Shown here: in pieces, positions 20,989-31,089 of the stretch
Layout: the number at the start of each line of letters is the position of its first letter
How positions within the stretch are numbered: the stretch's first letter is position 1
Source: an uncultured Erysipelotrichaceae bacterium
GTDB taxonomy: Bacteria; Bacillota_I; Bacilli_A; RF39; UBA660
Assembly: GCA_963535465.1 (NCBI GenBank)
Contig: CAUSWF010000002.1
Coordinates: forward strand, 64,606-128,605
Direction of reading: 5' to 3'
Length of the DNA stretch: 64,000 nucleotides
The notes under the pieces: model-generated
Told to the model about the DNA's origin: nothing
The model's database searches: none
The model's input: only the letters and a program-made list of their open reading frames with translations
Program-made: the position numbers and the translations under genes

Positions 20989-21696
20989 AATATCAATCAG
21001 TTATTTATTTAATATTTCACAACTATGAATAAAAGCATGTTTGTGGCAACATTAAGAGGAAAAATGTTTGGCAGGAGTGTTCTTTATTTAAGATAATTGC
21101 TGATACACAAGAGCATACTTTAAACAATCTTGCTAAAGATATTAGTTCTCAATATGGAATTAATGTGTCTGAGTTTCATTATGATCATGGGTACCTTAAA
21201 GCCCAGACCTCAAATGAAAATATTACGATCTATATAGAAGAAGTGAACTTAGAAGAGGTGTGACAACCTCTTCTTTTATATTAATATTTAAAATATAGAA
21301 CTATGTTTACATTCATAATTAATAGTATTGAACTACTTCAAGATAAGAAAGGTACAATAGGTCATCATGCAGTGGTAGCCTGTGCCAACGAAGTAACCGA
21401 AGAGGTTCGTCAAAAAGTGGGAGTACAAGTTAAAAAAAGATTCGGTCTAACATTGGATACAACAACAGGAAAGACATCTGATCCAGATGTCTTTCTGACC
21501 ATTTCAACTACTATTTTAATAAAATAAAATAAACTATGTTACAGTACAATAATAAATCACTCAGATTTTGCTCTTACTCTGATATAGAGAATAAGGAGCA
21601 TAAGTGGATCGGTCAAACAAGAACTGATGAGTTCGGACGATCATTACAAATCTGGCAAGTAGGCGATGCCTACTATGCCTGCATAGCTTAAAGAAT

Positions 21697-21729
21697 AAAG
21701 GGAAGGCTTCGGCTTTCCCTTTATTTTTT
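21697..21729 (+). terminator. rho-independent terminator
   Basis: AAAGGGAAGGC-ttcg-GCTTTCCCTTT followed by ATTTTTT. Confidence 0.55.
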
Positions 21730-21927
21730 CTCTATATGCTTGCTGGGAGGAGAGAAAATAGTCTTTTCTTCACTTAAAAATAGTCTATGTATAAACTGCT
21801 ACATTACCTTAGCGGAAAGACTACAATGTTTATGTATAGGCTGAAACAGCCAAAAGAAATCCTATACATCACATTGTACGCTAAATTCAATAAGTAATAA
21901 TTAAAAGTATCTTTTGGCAAATTAATC

Positions 21928-22464
21928 ATGCAAATAGTAGAAGCAATGAACAGAGAGTTGGAAATGGTAGTAGCTAATGGTGGTAAGCAGCAGGATGCTT
22001 TCAGTAGCAAGGCTATTCAGTCAGAAATTGAGACTCTTGAGAAGGGTGATGTATTCCAGGTATTTGGAAAGGTATTCAGTTCTCCTGTTCGTAGAGGTTC
22101 TAATGCCATTGCAGAATACAAACAGGCTCGTGTGTTTAAGATGAAGGATGGTAAAGCTGATCCAGACTCTATGAGAATTGTAAACATTTACCCATCATTC
22201 TTTAACAAGAGTGTAGTGGAAGTAAACGAGAAGTGTGAGCGTACAGGTCGCATTATTCGTGCTGACGGTAGTGTTTGCCAGGCTTATAAGAGCCATGGTA
22301 ATGTTACTAAAGGTTGGGATCAAGTAATCGAGGGTAAAGTAATCGAAGTTACTGAGGTAACACCTGTACTACGCAAACGTTATGGTACAGAGAACCAGAC
22401 ACAGACTACCAAAGTGTGCAACTTTGAGTATTCTGATGTTACATTACCAGAACTCGATGCATAA
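21928..22464 (+). CDS. hypothetical protein (178 aa) in GC-rich island
   Basis: Intact ORF, TAA stop. Confidence 0.45.
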   Translation: MQIVEAMNRELEMVVANGGKQQDAFSSKAIQSEIETLEKGDVFQVFGKVFSSPVRRGSNAIAEYKQARVFKMKDGKADPDSMRIVNIYPSFFNKSVVEVNEKCERTGRIIRADGSVCQAYKSHGNVTKGWDQVIEGKVIEVTEVTPVLRKRYGTENQTQTTKVCNFEYSDVTLPELDA

Positions 22465-23127
22465 CATATACACATTGAAGGGTTACCTTATAGGTAACTC
22501 TTCTTTATGTATAAAATCAGGGCAATACATTGATTTAGTTTCTGTTAATCCGATTTTACCGAGGTTAAAAGAAGGCTTTTTCAATGTATTGTTGAAAAAT
22601 GGCAGATATGAATTAATTGATGCCAAGTGGACTACTCCACTCAAGATAGACCATTAAGAGTAGTGCGTTGGTGAGAGTAATCTCACCAGGTTGGTTGTTA
22701 TAAAGTGTTTATTTATTGAGGAGTTAGGGAGTGATGGTGAAGGGAAGGCTGTGTGAGCGCACAGAACCACCCACCAACCATTCTCTCTTTCCCCAATAAA
22801 ATCATTTTTTAAAAAATAAGGATTTGTATAATACTCTCTTAAAAACAAATATAATGTAATCATTTCAATTAAAAATTATTAAATAAATGATTTTAAAATA
22901 AAGTCATTAATGAAATACACAGTTTGTGAAAATAGTGTATTTTTTCTTTAAAAAATTCGTGTCAACAAACAAATAAACACTAATAAAAATATGGAATTAT
23001 TATTATTTATCATATTATTGGTAATTACATTAATATGTATTGCCAATTTAGCTAGTAAATTAGGTAAAGATTTTAATAGCTTCTTAGAAGAAAAATTTCC
23101 AAATATTAAAGAATAAAATTCAAAAGT

Positions 23128-23565
23128 ATGTATATAATAACCATTTTAGGCATTCTAGGAATATTAATCATTATTCTAGGAATAATATGCTATAATAAGA
23201 AACAAAATAAGAAAATTTTAAAGGAACAATTAAAAACTTTAAAAGAACTTAGAGACAATATAATTGCATCAAAAAATCTTATTGACTTATATCATATACA
23301 TAAACGTATATTTAAAGAGTTTGAAAAGTATTATATTCCTTCTTGTATAGGCATTTCTAAATATGGATTTTTTAGAGCTTCTTCTAGAGAAGATTTAGAT
23401 CCAGATAATATTTTCTTAGGAAATATTTTTGGATTAAATACTTTAAATCTTTCATATTGGAATTCTTATAATGATATAGAAATAAAAAATTTAATTCTAA
23501 ATCAATATAAACAAATATTGTCTTTAGGATTAATTAATATTAAAAATAAAATTAATAATGAGTAA
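23128..23565 (+). CDS. membrane-anchored hypothetical protein
   Basis: N-terminal TM segment MYIITILGILGILIIILGIICY. Confidence 0.4.
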   Translation: MYIITILGILGILIIILGIICYNKKQNKKILKEQLKTLKELRDNIIASKNLIDLYHIHKRIFKEFEKYYIPSCIGISKYGFFRASSREDLDPDNIFLGNIFGLNTLNLSYWNSYNDIEIKNLILNQYKQILSLGLINIKNKINNE

Positions 23566-23567
23566 CG

Positions 23568-24089
23568 ATGCTTGCTGGCTTTTTACAGCCTTATTCTATT
23601 TATTTATATATGTTTTTTCAAAATCCAATAAACAAGATGAGTGATATTATTATTATTTACCCAAAGGATTATCCACAGGTAACAAAAGAAGCTTTACAAA
23701 AAGCTAACCATATTATTACAGTAGTTAATGCCACAAATATTGATGGTGCTATTGAACAATTGGAAAGAGTCTATAAGTTAACGGCTGATTACCCAGAACT
23801 TATACAAGACAAATTAGCATTAGTAATTAATGACACTACTCTTGTTAATTTTCCAGAATCTACTTTAGAAATTCTCCAAAATTTAAGAGTATTCATACAA
23901 GTAACGACAACTAAGAATTTAGAAGTAACATTAGCTACAGCTATCGCTTTAGATGCTATGCTTATATTTCCAAAAGAGTTTATAGAAGAACAACATTCCG
24001 ATTTAGTCATGCTTACTTTAATGGCTATGAGAATGAATAATCGTCTTATAACTCGATTACCTAACTCTGCAGAAAAATTATCTTTCTAA
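23568..24089 (+). CDS. hypothetical protein
   Basis: 173-aa ORF; ATGA overlap with the next ORF (24089..24397). Confidence 0.45.
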   Translation: MLAGFLQPYSIYLYMFFQNPINKMSDIIIIYPKDYPQVTKEALQKANHIITVVNATNIDGAIEQLERVYKLTADYPELIQDKLALVINDTTLVNFPESTLEILQNLRVFIQVTTTKNLEVTLATAIALDAMLIFPKEFIEEQHSDLVMLTLMAMRMNNRLITRLPNSAEKLSF

Positions 24090-24397
24090 TGGGATTAATC
24101 AAAACAATAAATACTAAAATTCAATCAGCTGTTGCGAAGAAAGTACCAACAGCTGATGAGGCTTATTCTCAAGCTTTATTTAATGCTTCATCAATAGAAG
24201 AAGTAATTAAGTTTGAAAAAGAATGTATTATTGATAAGATACAAGATGCAATAATGCATAAGCAGACACATGTATTTTATGTGCCTACAGATCAACTTGA
24301 TTATTCTTCTATAGAAGAAGAACTAAAAGAGAAAGGATACAATGTGATCAAATATAATGACCCTTTTGATTACTGGATAATTAATTGGAATCATTAA
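24089..24397 (+). CDS. hypothetical protein
   Basis: 102-aa ORF, translationally coupled to the upstream gene. Confidence 0.4.
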   Translation: MGLIKTINTKIQSAVAKKVPTADEAYSQALFNASSIEEVIKFEKECIIDKIQDAIMHKQTHVFYVPTDQLDYSSIEEELKEKGYNVIKYNDPFDYWIINWNH

Positions 24398-25013
24398 CAA
24401 CTTTTAACAATTATAGATTTGAGAATCTTATTTTCGAGTCTATAATTGTTAAACATTTCATAAAATATGAGTAGAAGTTATAAAAAATCTAAAGTTTATA
24501 ACATTTTGCAGATCATGAATCTGACAAAGAAGATAAAGTAAGATCTCACAAGAAGTTCAGAAGAACAGCCAAATATAAAATGAAAATTGATGCAGATCTT
24601 CCAAATAAACTTTCTGAAGTGGACGATATTTGGGATTATAGCTCTAAAGGAGTAAATATTTATGATGAAAATATAGATCCAAAATATTTAAGAAAATGAA
24701 CACAGCAAAAAAATATAAATTATATGATTCAAAAGATCATTTAATTTGTTCTTTTCAATCTTATCAACAAGCATCAGTTTATAAATTAGCTTATGGTAAT
24801 AAAGGTTGGTATATAAAATAAAAAATATGTATAAGTAATTAACCTTGGCTGGTGACAGTACAGAGACATCCTAAGCAATATGGGTCATTGCGCACTTTAT
24901 ATCACATATTTCTGGGTGAAATATCATATAATCTTCCTAGGTAATGAAAGATATTTCAGAACTATAAAAGTAAATACATTGCAATTATGGTAGTCTAATT
25001 ACTTATACATTTT

Positions 25014-25086
25014 GGGGCAATAGCAAAGCTGGTCAATGCGTTGGACTGAAAATCCAAAGATAATGGTTCGATTCCATTTTGTCCCA
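25014..25086 (+). tRNA. tRNA-Phe (anticodon GAA)
   Basis: ggggcaa-ta-gca/D-loop/tgc-g-ttgga/CT[GAA]AA/tccaa-agata-aatgg/ttcgatt/ccatt-ttgtccc-A. Confidence 0.7.
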
Positions 25087-25094
25087 CTACAAAT

Positions 25095-25166
25095 CGCGAG
25101 GTAGAGCAGTGGTAGCTTATTAGGCTCATAACCTAATGGTCGCAGGTTCGATTCCTGCCTTCGCAA
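25095..25166 (+). tRNA. tRNA-Met (anticodon CAU), initiator-like C1xA72 mismatch
   Basis: cgcgagg-ta-gagc/agtggta/gctt-a-ttagg/CT[CAT]AA/cctaa-tggtc-gcagg/ttcgatt/cctgc-cttcgca-A. Strong similarity to bacterial tRNA-fMet. Confidence 0.65.
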
Positions 25167-25172
25167 CATATT

Positions 25173-25259
25173 GGAGAGTTGGCTGAGTGGCTTAAAGCGC
25201 TGGTCTTGAAAACCAGAGGGCGGTAAAACGCTCCAAGAGTTCGAATCTCTTACTCTCCT
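25173..25259 (+). tRNA. tRNA-Ser (anticodon UGA), class II
   Basis: ggagagt...ctggt/CT[TGA]AA/accag-long variable arm-aagag/ttcgaat/ctctt-actctcc. Confidence 0.65.
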
Positions 25260-25267
25260 CTTATATT

Positions 25268-25353
25268 GGAGATTTAAGCCTAATTGGTAAGGCAGCAGTT
25301 TGCTAAACTGCCAGTAATCGTAGTAATATGATGTATAGGTCCTATAATCTCCA
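25268..25353 (+). tRNA. tRNA-Ser(GCU)-like with non-canonical T-arm (possibly degenerate)
   Basis: Good acceptor stem (ggagatt/aatctcc), D-arm and anticodon arm gcagt/TT[GCT]AA/actgc. The region where the T-arm should be is a short hairpin (tatagg-t-cctata) without a TTC loop. Confidence 0.35.
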
Positions 25354-25375
25354 CAATTAATTTAAATAAAAGATT

Positions 25376-25585
25376 ATGAAAAAATTTAATAATCATTTGT
25401 TACCAAATGGTTTATGGTATTTAGTACAAGCATACCTTATTAGTACAGAATGGCAATGGTATAAGGATAATAATATTAAATATGAATCTGCTACAAAATT
25501 AACTGCTGGGCAATTATCTAATTTAGTTGCTAATGCTATTAGTTGGAGTGTAAAACGTATTCAATATAATACTGAAAATACTTAA
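25376..25585 (+). CDS. small hypothetical protein, member of a tRNA-adjacent paralogue pair (with 27967..28194)
   Basis: MKKFNNHLLPNGLWYLVQAYLISTEWQWYKDNN... versus MKKFKGHVLPDDLFYMIVSYSEKTKWQWFKDNN... Each lies immediately 3' of a tRNA gene. Confidence 0.45.
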   Translation: MKKFNNHLLPNGLWYLVQAYLISTEWQWYKDNNIKYESATKLTAGQLSNLVANAISWSVKRIQYNTENT

Positions 25586-25635
25586 AAGATAAATAAAAAT
25601 CTACAGGCAATAATAATTTAATTAAAGCCTATTAT

Positions 25636-25706
25636 GCTCTTGTCGTCTAATGGTAGGACATGAGACTTTCTATCGTAGAATTACGGTTCGAATCCGTGCT
25701 TGAGTA
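25636..25706 (+). tRNA. tRNA-Glu(UUC)-like, degenerate (two U.U mismatches in acceptor stem, A.G mismatch in anticodon stem, U37): possible pseudo-tRNA
   Basis: D-arm gtct/aatggta/ggac and T-arm tacgg/ttcgaat/ccgtg are canonical and resemble the intact tRNA-Glu at 30128. The acceptor (gctcttg/cttgagt) and anticodon stems are imperfect. Confidence 0.35.
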
Positions 25707-25942
25707 CAATTATTAGTTCTTACATAATAATTACGTCATTGTATTGTCGGGTATAAAAATACAACGGTAATAGATATTCCGTAAATATATCTAAGTACAA
25801 GCAGTAGTACTAGTTAGTAATTCATAAGTAAGACATTGATTACTAAAACTGAAAACAGTTATATCTATTATAATTGCAAATATAGTATTTATAATTACAG
25901 TAAGTTTGTTATACTCTAATGTGGGTTTTGAACTTACTAAAT

Positions 25943-26010
25943 TGGAGTACCAAGGCTGGAGAATCTCCCTTGCATGGAGATTGTGGGGAGTTCGATTCTC
26001 TTTACCTCCA
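25943..26010 (+). tRNA. tRNA-like element (canonical T-arm; anticodon-arm hairpin reading UGC/Ala-like); 5' half could not be folded into a standard acceptor stem
   Basis: atctcc/CT[TGC]AT/ggagat perfect anticodon-arm hairpin, then ttgtg, gggag/ttcgatt/ctctt, tacctcc-A. No upstream partner for the acceptor 3' strand was found by eye. Confidence 0.3.
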
Positions 26011-26359
26011 CATTTCTAACATGATATCGGGACAAAGCGTTGTCCAATCTAGCAGAATATAAATACATCATTTTTAAACAAGTAGTAAGTTATTGTGAAA
26101 TAATTTACTATATTTGCTTAGGTAGTCAACGACAGCAGGCTTGCCCCGAAAGGTTCATAGGTCCTATCCTAAGCGCATTTACTAATTAAACATTTTATAA
26201 ACATTAAAAAAGAAATATATTAAACCAGAAATCAAAACAATTAAAATAGATAATGAACCTTGTATGAATAATACAAGCCAACATAAAGAAGGATCTTCAT
26301 GGGTATGTCCATGTGATAAAGACTCTGTTACTATAGAAAATTTAATAAATAAATAAATA

Positions 26360-27232
26360 ATGGAAAATAAAGTATTTTTTGGAGAAAGTGGTTTAACTTC
26401 TACAAGTGCAAATCATGTAGCAAACCTTGCTAAAGAGTTCATTAGTTCAAATGAAAACTATCTTAATAGCATTTCTTTCATTAATTGTAAAGTAGGACTT
26501 ATCGGTAGTGATAAAGATCAAACTTACAGTTTAGGTGTACAAAATTTAAATGATATTGAAGTTATATTAGCAGATATTGCTAAATGTAAAGCATTGATTG
26601 CTTGGTTACGTGAGGCTATTAAAGCTAAGAATGCTTTAATTTCAGATATTAATAATTTTAATATTTCAAGTTATTGTCAACTTAAAGGACTACCTAATCC
26701 TGAACGTCCTCAACTTCCAGATTATTTAACAGCTGAAGAATATTATGATTCTCTTCCTATTAAAGAAAGAAATGAATATTATTCTTTGGAAGCAGAAGCA
26801 GCAACTTTAGGTCAGTTTATTCATCCTGGAGGTAATCTTAATCAGCAACGTAGTTTGTTATCTGAGAAATTAATGCACCCAATTAAATCTGAGGGAGAAG
26901 GAAGGGATACCATATTGTATAAGTATAGTCCTTCTATTAGTTTAGAAGAAGTGGATAGTACTTTCTTTAAGCTGCAGGCTAAACATAGAGAAATTCAAGC
27001 CAGATTAAATGGGATGAAGCATCTTTGTGAAATAGCTATGCAGCAAGACCGATTGCAAAAGGATAATACTTATAAGGCAGCTGATAATACATATTTTACA
27101 AAAATGCATGAACTTGCAAACGAAGTTAATATCTATAAAGACGAAGAACTTACAAGAATTCAGAATCTTAAGATTGTTATTCCAAATTCTCTAGAAAGTA
27201 TTTATAAAAAGATACAATCATTGGGTAAATAA
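26360..27232 (+). CDS. hypothetical protein (290 aa)
   Basis: Intact ORF, TAA stop, no TAG. Confidence 0.5.
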   Translation: MENKVFFGESGLTSTSANHVANLAKEFISSNENYLNSISFINCKVGLIGSDKDQTYSLGVQNLNDIEVILADIAKCKALIAWLREAIKAKNALISDINNFNISSYCQLKGLPNPERPQLPDYLTAEEYYDSLPIKERNEYYSLEAEAATLGQFIHPGGNLNQQRSLLSEKLMHPIKSEGEGRDTILYKYSPSISLEEVDSTFFKLQAKHREIQARLNGMKHLCEIAMQQDRLQKDNTYKAADNTYFTKMHELANEVNIYKDEELTRIQNLKIVIPNSLESIYKKIQSLGK

Positions 27233-27859
27233 GAACTTAGAGGCTTGACCTCTTAATCTTATTGAATATGTTTAATAGATGTCATTTATCTATGAATAAA
27301 ATTATTGCTAATTTAGTAATAATATTTTAAGTTTGTAACTTAAAATTGAATGTATACTCTTTCAAAACTTATATTTAAAAGTAATCTGAACAATTACTGC
27401 TTTTGTTTTCGAAGAAAGAGTATGTTCTTGATATTGATTTTATTTTAGTTTTAGTTGGCATTTATTAAACATAACTCAATATTTTAAATATGTTTTTAAA
27501 TTTATTAATTATTATAATATTAGTATTAATTTTTGAATTATTACTTAATATTATTAAAATAATAGCTAAAATTTATCTTGATGAAATACGTAATTTGTAA
27601 TTATAATAATTATTCAGTAATTGAAATAATCGAATCTGATAACTTTATAAAAGTTGAAGAAAGATTAAAACAATTAAATAAAGGTTATAATAACGAATTA
27701 ATTATAATATCCTTACATAGGTATAATAAACTTATTAAAGGATTAGTATCAAAAATAAATAGAATTAAAAATATGTTAATGTAAAAATATGTGGAGAGGA
27801 GCAATGTTCTACTGTGGAGATGATAATGCATTCCTAGAATTATTCAACCCTTTCCCTAT

Positions 27860-27932
27860 GCTCATATAGCTCAGTTGGTAGAGCACTGGTCTCCAAAACC
27901 AGGTGTCCCCGGTTCGATTCCTACTGTGAGTG
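27860..27932 (+). tRNA. tRNA-Trp (anticodon CCA) with weak T-stem
   Basis: gctcata-ta-gctc/agttggta/gagc-a-ctggt/CT[CCA]AA/accag-gtgt-cccgg/ttcgatt/cctac-tgtgagt-G. Body nearly identical to bacterial tRNA-Trp. The T-stem has only 2 Watson-Crick pairs. Confidence 0.55.
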
Positions 27933-27966
27933 CATTTTAATAAATTAATTAATTAATTAAATAATT

Positions 27967-28194
27967 ATGAAAAAGTTTAAAGGACACGTATTACCAGATG
28001 ATTTATTTTATATGATTGTATCATATAGTGAAAAAACTAAATGGCAATGGTTTAAAGATAATAATTTAACTATTCCTGAAGATTTTGGTTTTTCATTAGT
28101 TAAGAAAATATCTAAAGAACAATTGAATGATTTAATTAATTATGCTGTTAAATATAATATAGATAACATTAAATATGAAACTGAAGACTATTAA
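27967..28194 (+). CDS. small hypothetical protein, paralogue of 25376..25585
   Basis: See 25376..25585; immediately downstream of tRNA-Trp. Confidence 0.45.
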   Translation: MKKFKGHVLPDDLFYMIVSYSEKTKWQWFKDNNLTIPEDFGFSLVKKISKEQLNDLINYAVKYNIDNIKYETEDY

Positions 28195-28766
28195 AAAATA
28201 TTTATTTAACGAAATTAATTTACTTACAGATAAAAAATGTAAGCCAGCACAAAATAGTAATTTATTGTTAATGTTCAGTGAACATAAAAAATATAGAAAA
28301 CCGTTCAACGGTTTAAATTTTTATAGAAAAAGATGTAATTTTTATGATACATCTGAAGCTTGTGAACTAATGGCTGAACATTTTTGGGAATTTGAAAAAT
28401 ATGAATGGTTTCAATTAATGATATTAATTAATGAATTACCCCTTGAATATTCTGGAGTTCCATTTAAATTAAAAGCTTATGCCAACGCATATTGTGATTG
28501 GTTTAAAAGAAATTTACCTGAATTATGGGAAGATTATAAAGAAGCACATAGAGAATAAAAATATGAAAATAAAATATACAGAATATTTAGATGTCCCAGG
28601 ATTATTTGAAAACAATAATACCATAGATGATATTATAGCAGACCTTCAAAATTTGAAAGAAGCACATCCTGATACATCACATATAGATTTTATTTATGAT
28701 GATGGTTATGACTATAAATCTTCATTTGTCCAAATTAATTATTATATATAATAAAAATTTTTAATT

Positions 28767-29540
28767 ATGAATCTTTTTAAAAAGAAAAAATATAAAATTC
28801 TAAAAGATGATTTTAGAATAATTGATGGTATTAAAGTTTATAGAATACAAGCTTTAAAATCATTTGCTAATGTAAAGAAAGGCGATTTAGGAGGATTTAT
28901 ACAATCTGAAGAAAATCTTTCACAACAAAATACTTGTTGGATATATGATGTAGCTATAGTTAAAGATGAAGTTAAAGTTCTAGACGATGCTAAAGTTTTT
29001 TCAAATTCTATATTAAGAGGTGTATTTACAGTAGAAGATGCTTGTAGTATTGTTGATTCCACTATTAAAGTTAAATTATGTGGTAGTATAAAAGATGGTA
29101 TACATCTTTGCGAAACTAATATAGATTCATATACTATGACACTTAAGACTGGAGTATTAAATAATAATGATATATATGCTACCAATTTAACAGTAATCGA
29201 CTCTTCTTTAAAATATGTAACTTGCAATGAAAGTAATTTATATTTTAATAATAGTTATTTATATGATGTAAAAATTAATAATTCTGTAACTTTAAATCAA
29301 GTAATGGCAAAACAAACTGAAATATCTTCAAATTCTGATATTTTTGTTTTTTTAAATAATTGGTCTAGCTTACGTTATTTTAATTACGTAGTTCCTAATA
29401 AGACTTGGTATGTTGGCTGTTTTATAGGTTCAGGAGAAGAACTTATTAAAAAAGCTTATAAAGACAGTGAATTATCTGGAAAAATGTATGAGAAATATGT
29501 TAAGTTTATAGAAAAACTAAATGAAGATAAGAACCCTTAG
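28767..29540 (+). CDS. hypothetical protein (257 aa); TAG terminator with in-frame TAA 7 codons downstream
   Basis: Ends ...KNP-TAG-aaa-acg-tct-ttt-cta-TAA. Confidence 0.45.
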   Translation: MNLFKKKKYKILKDDFRIIDGIKVYRIQALKSFANVKKGDLGGFIQSEENLSQQNTCWIYDVAIVKDEVKVLDDAKVFSNSILRGVFTVEDACSIVDSTIKVKLCGSIKDGIHLCETNIDSYTMTLKTGVLNNNDIYATNLTVIDSSLKYVTCNESNLYFNNSYLYDVKINNSVTLNQVMAKQTEISSNSDIFVFLNNWSSLRYFNYVVPNKTWYVGCFIGSGEELIKKAYKDSELSGKMYEKYVKFIEKLNEDKNP

Positions 29541-30127
29541 AAAACGTCTTTTCTATAATTATTCTTTTTAAATAAAAAATATGGAAAAAATAATTCATCT
29601 ATATATAATTAATGAATGTGGTAAGAAATGCCCAATGTGTTGTAATAAGTTTTATAATATGGTTAAACTCCCCAGGGACTACAACCGGAATATTTCCGGA
29701 CACGGTCGCTTAGTGTGAACGACAGCACGTTTAATATTTTGCAGTGTGAAGAATGAGTGATTTAATTAACCTTTCTAAGTTGAGGATATAATTTAGTTGC
29801 TCGAATACCCAGAGAACGCGTAAAACAGGGACTTTTGTATAGTTAAGTATAAAAACTATATAAGCAATATTGTATTTGCTATTAGCAATATTGTGATTAC
29901 TCTACCTACTGAGTAAGGGTCTATGTAATTATAGGCTAGGAGTGTAGGGAATAGTGGGTACAGCCTAAATTACATTATAGGAACTTCTGTACGGCGAAAC
30001 TAGAGGATGATTACTATGGATATGCGATTACATATCTAATCTGGTTGAATATTAATGTTAGTAGAGCATATATTAATTCTTTAAAAGAACAGCTACCTCT
30101 ACTTAGGATTAATCCTGTTCTTTATTT

Positions 30128-30199
30128 AGCCTCATCGTCTAACGGTCAGGACATAAGGTTTTCATCCTTGTAATTGGAGTTCGATTTTCCATGAGATTA
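30128..30199 (+). tRNA. tRNA-Glu (anticodon UUC)
   Basis: agcctca-tc-gtct/aacggtc/agga(c)-a-taagg/TT[TTC]AT/ccttg-taat-tggag/ttcgatt/ttcca-tgagatt-A. One C.A mismatch in the acceptor stem. Confidence 0.6.
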
Positions 30200-31089
30200 C
30201 TTAATTTAAAATAAAAAATTATAGCAGCAGCTGATAAAATTTACTGTAAATATTACAGTGATTATTACACATTTAAAAAATGGATAGAAAAATACAGACC
30301 AAGTTTGTTAGAAATTTTTGCTTTGTATGATTCGCAACAATGGGAAGATATAATTGAAAATAGTCACGATGAAGACCTTTTTGTATGTTATTTTCCTTAT
30401 TACTTAACTAAATGGCTTCTTTGGCGATGTCCTGTTAGTATCATTAGAGAAGAATTAGAAGAAAGAGGATATGAAACAAAATGGTATCATAAATTGTTTT
30501 TTAAGTATTAAACTATGAATAAAGATGAATTATTTAAATTAAACTCAGAAATAACTGATTTAGAAATAAAATTAGCTAAATTAAAGAGTAAGAGGAAACA
30601 ACTACAAAATAATATAGACTGTTTAATCGGAAGCTATCTTACTAGAGGTAAGTTTTATTATAAAATACTATCTATAAATAAAGAGAAACAAACAATAGAA
30701 GCTTTATGTATAAATTACGAAGACGAAGAATATAGTATCTCTTTTCTTCCAGCTTTAAATTTTGAATATATTAATGGTTTAGCTTTAATGTCTTCAAAAG
30801 TATTTGAAAAACTGTATAAAGAAGTAATGGAAAAAATATCTAAATAATTATGTTAGTATTTTTAATTTATATATTAGGAAATATTATTGCTTTCTTTTTA
30901 TCTTTACATGTACTTTATTATTATAGTAAAAATAATAGTTATATGGTAAAACACCAAAGAAGATTTTTTTGAAGAAGAAAGTCCGTTTATTATATTTGCA
31001 TTTATATTTTCTTGGGTTGGAGTACTTGGGTGCTTAATGTGTTATATTGGTATTTTATTTAATAAATTTATAAATTATTTATCTAATAA

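Noticed and set aside
22654-22863. 69-aa minus-strand ORF across the GC-rich palindromic segment
   Set aside because: It spans hairpin-rich, apparently regulatory sequence (GGTGAGA/TCTCACC and CTGTG/CACAG palindromes). More likely non-coding.
25095-25166. Considered calling the CAU tRNA an Ile-lysidine tRNA (tRNA-Ile2)
   Set aside because: The C1xA72 mismatch and overall similarity to tRNA-fMet favour initiator Met. This cannot be settled without isotype models.
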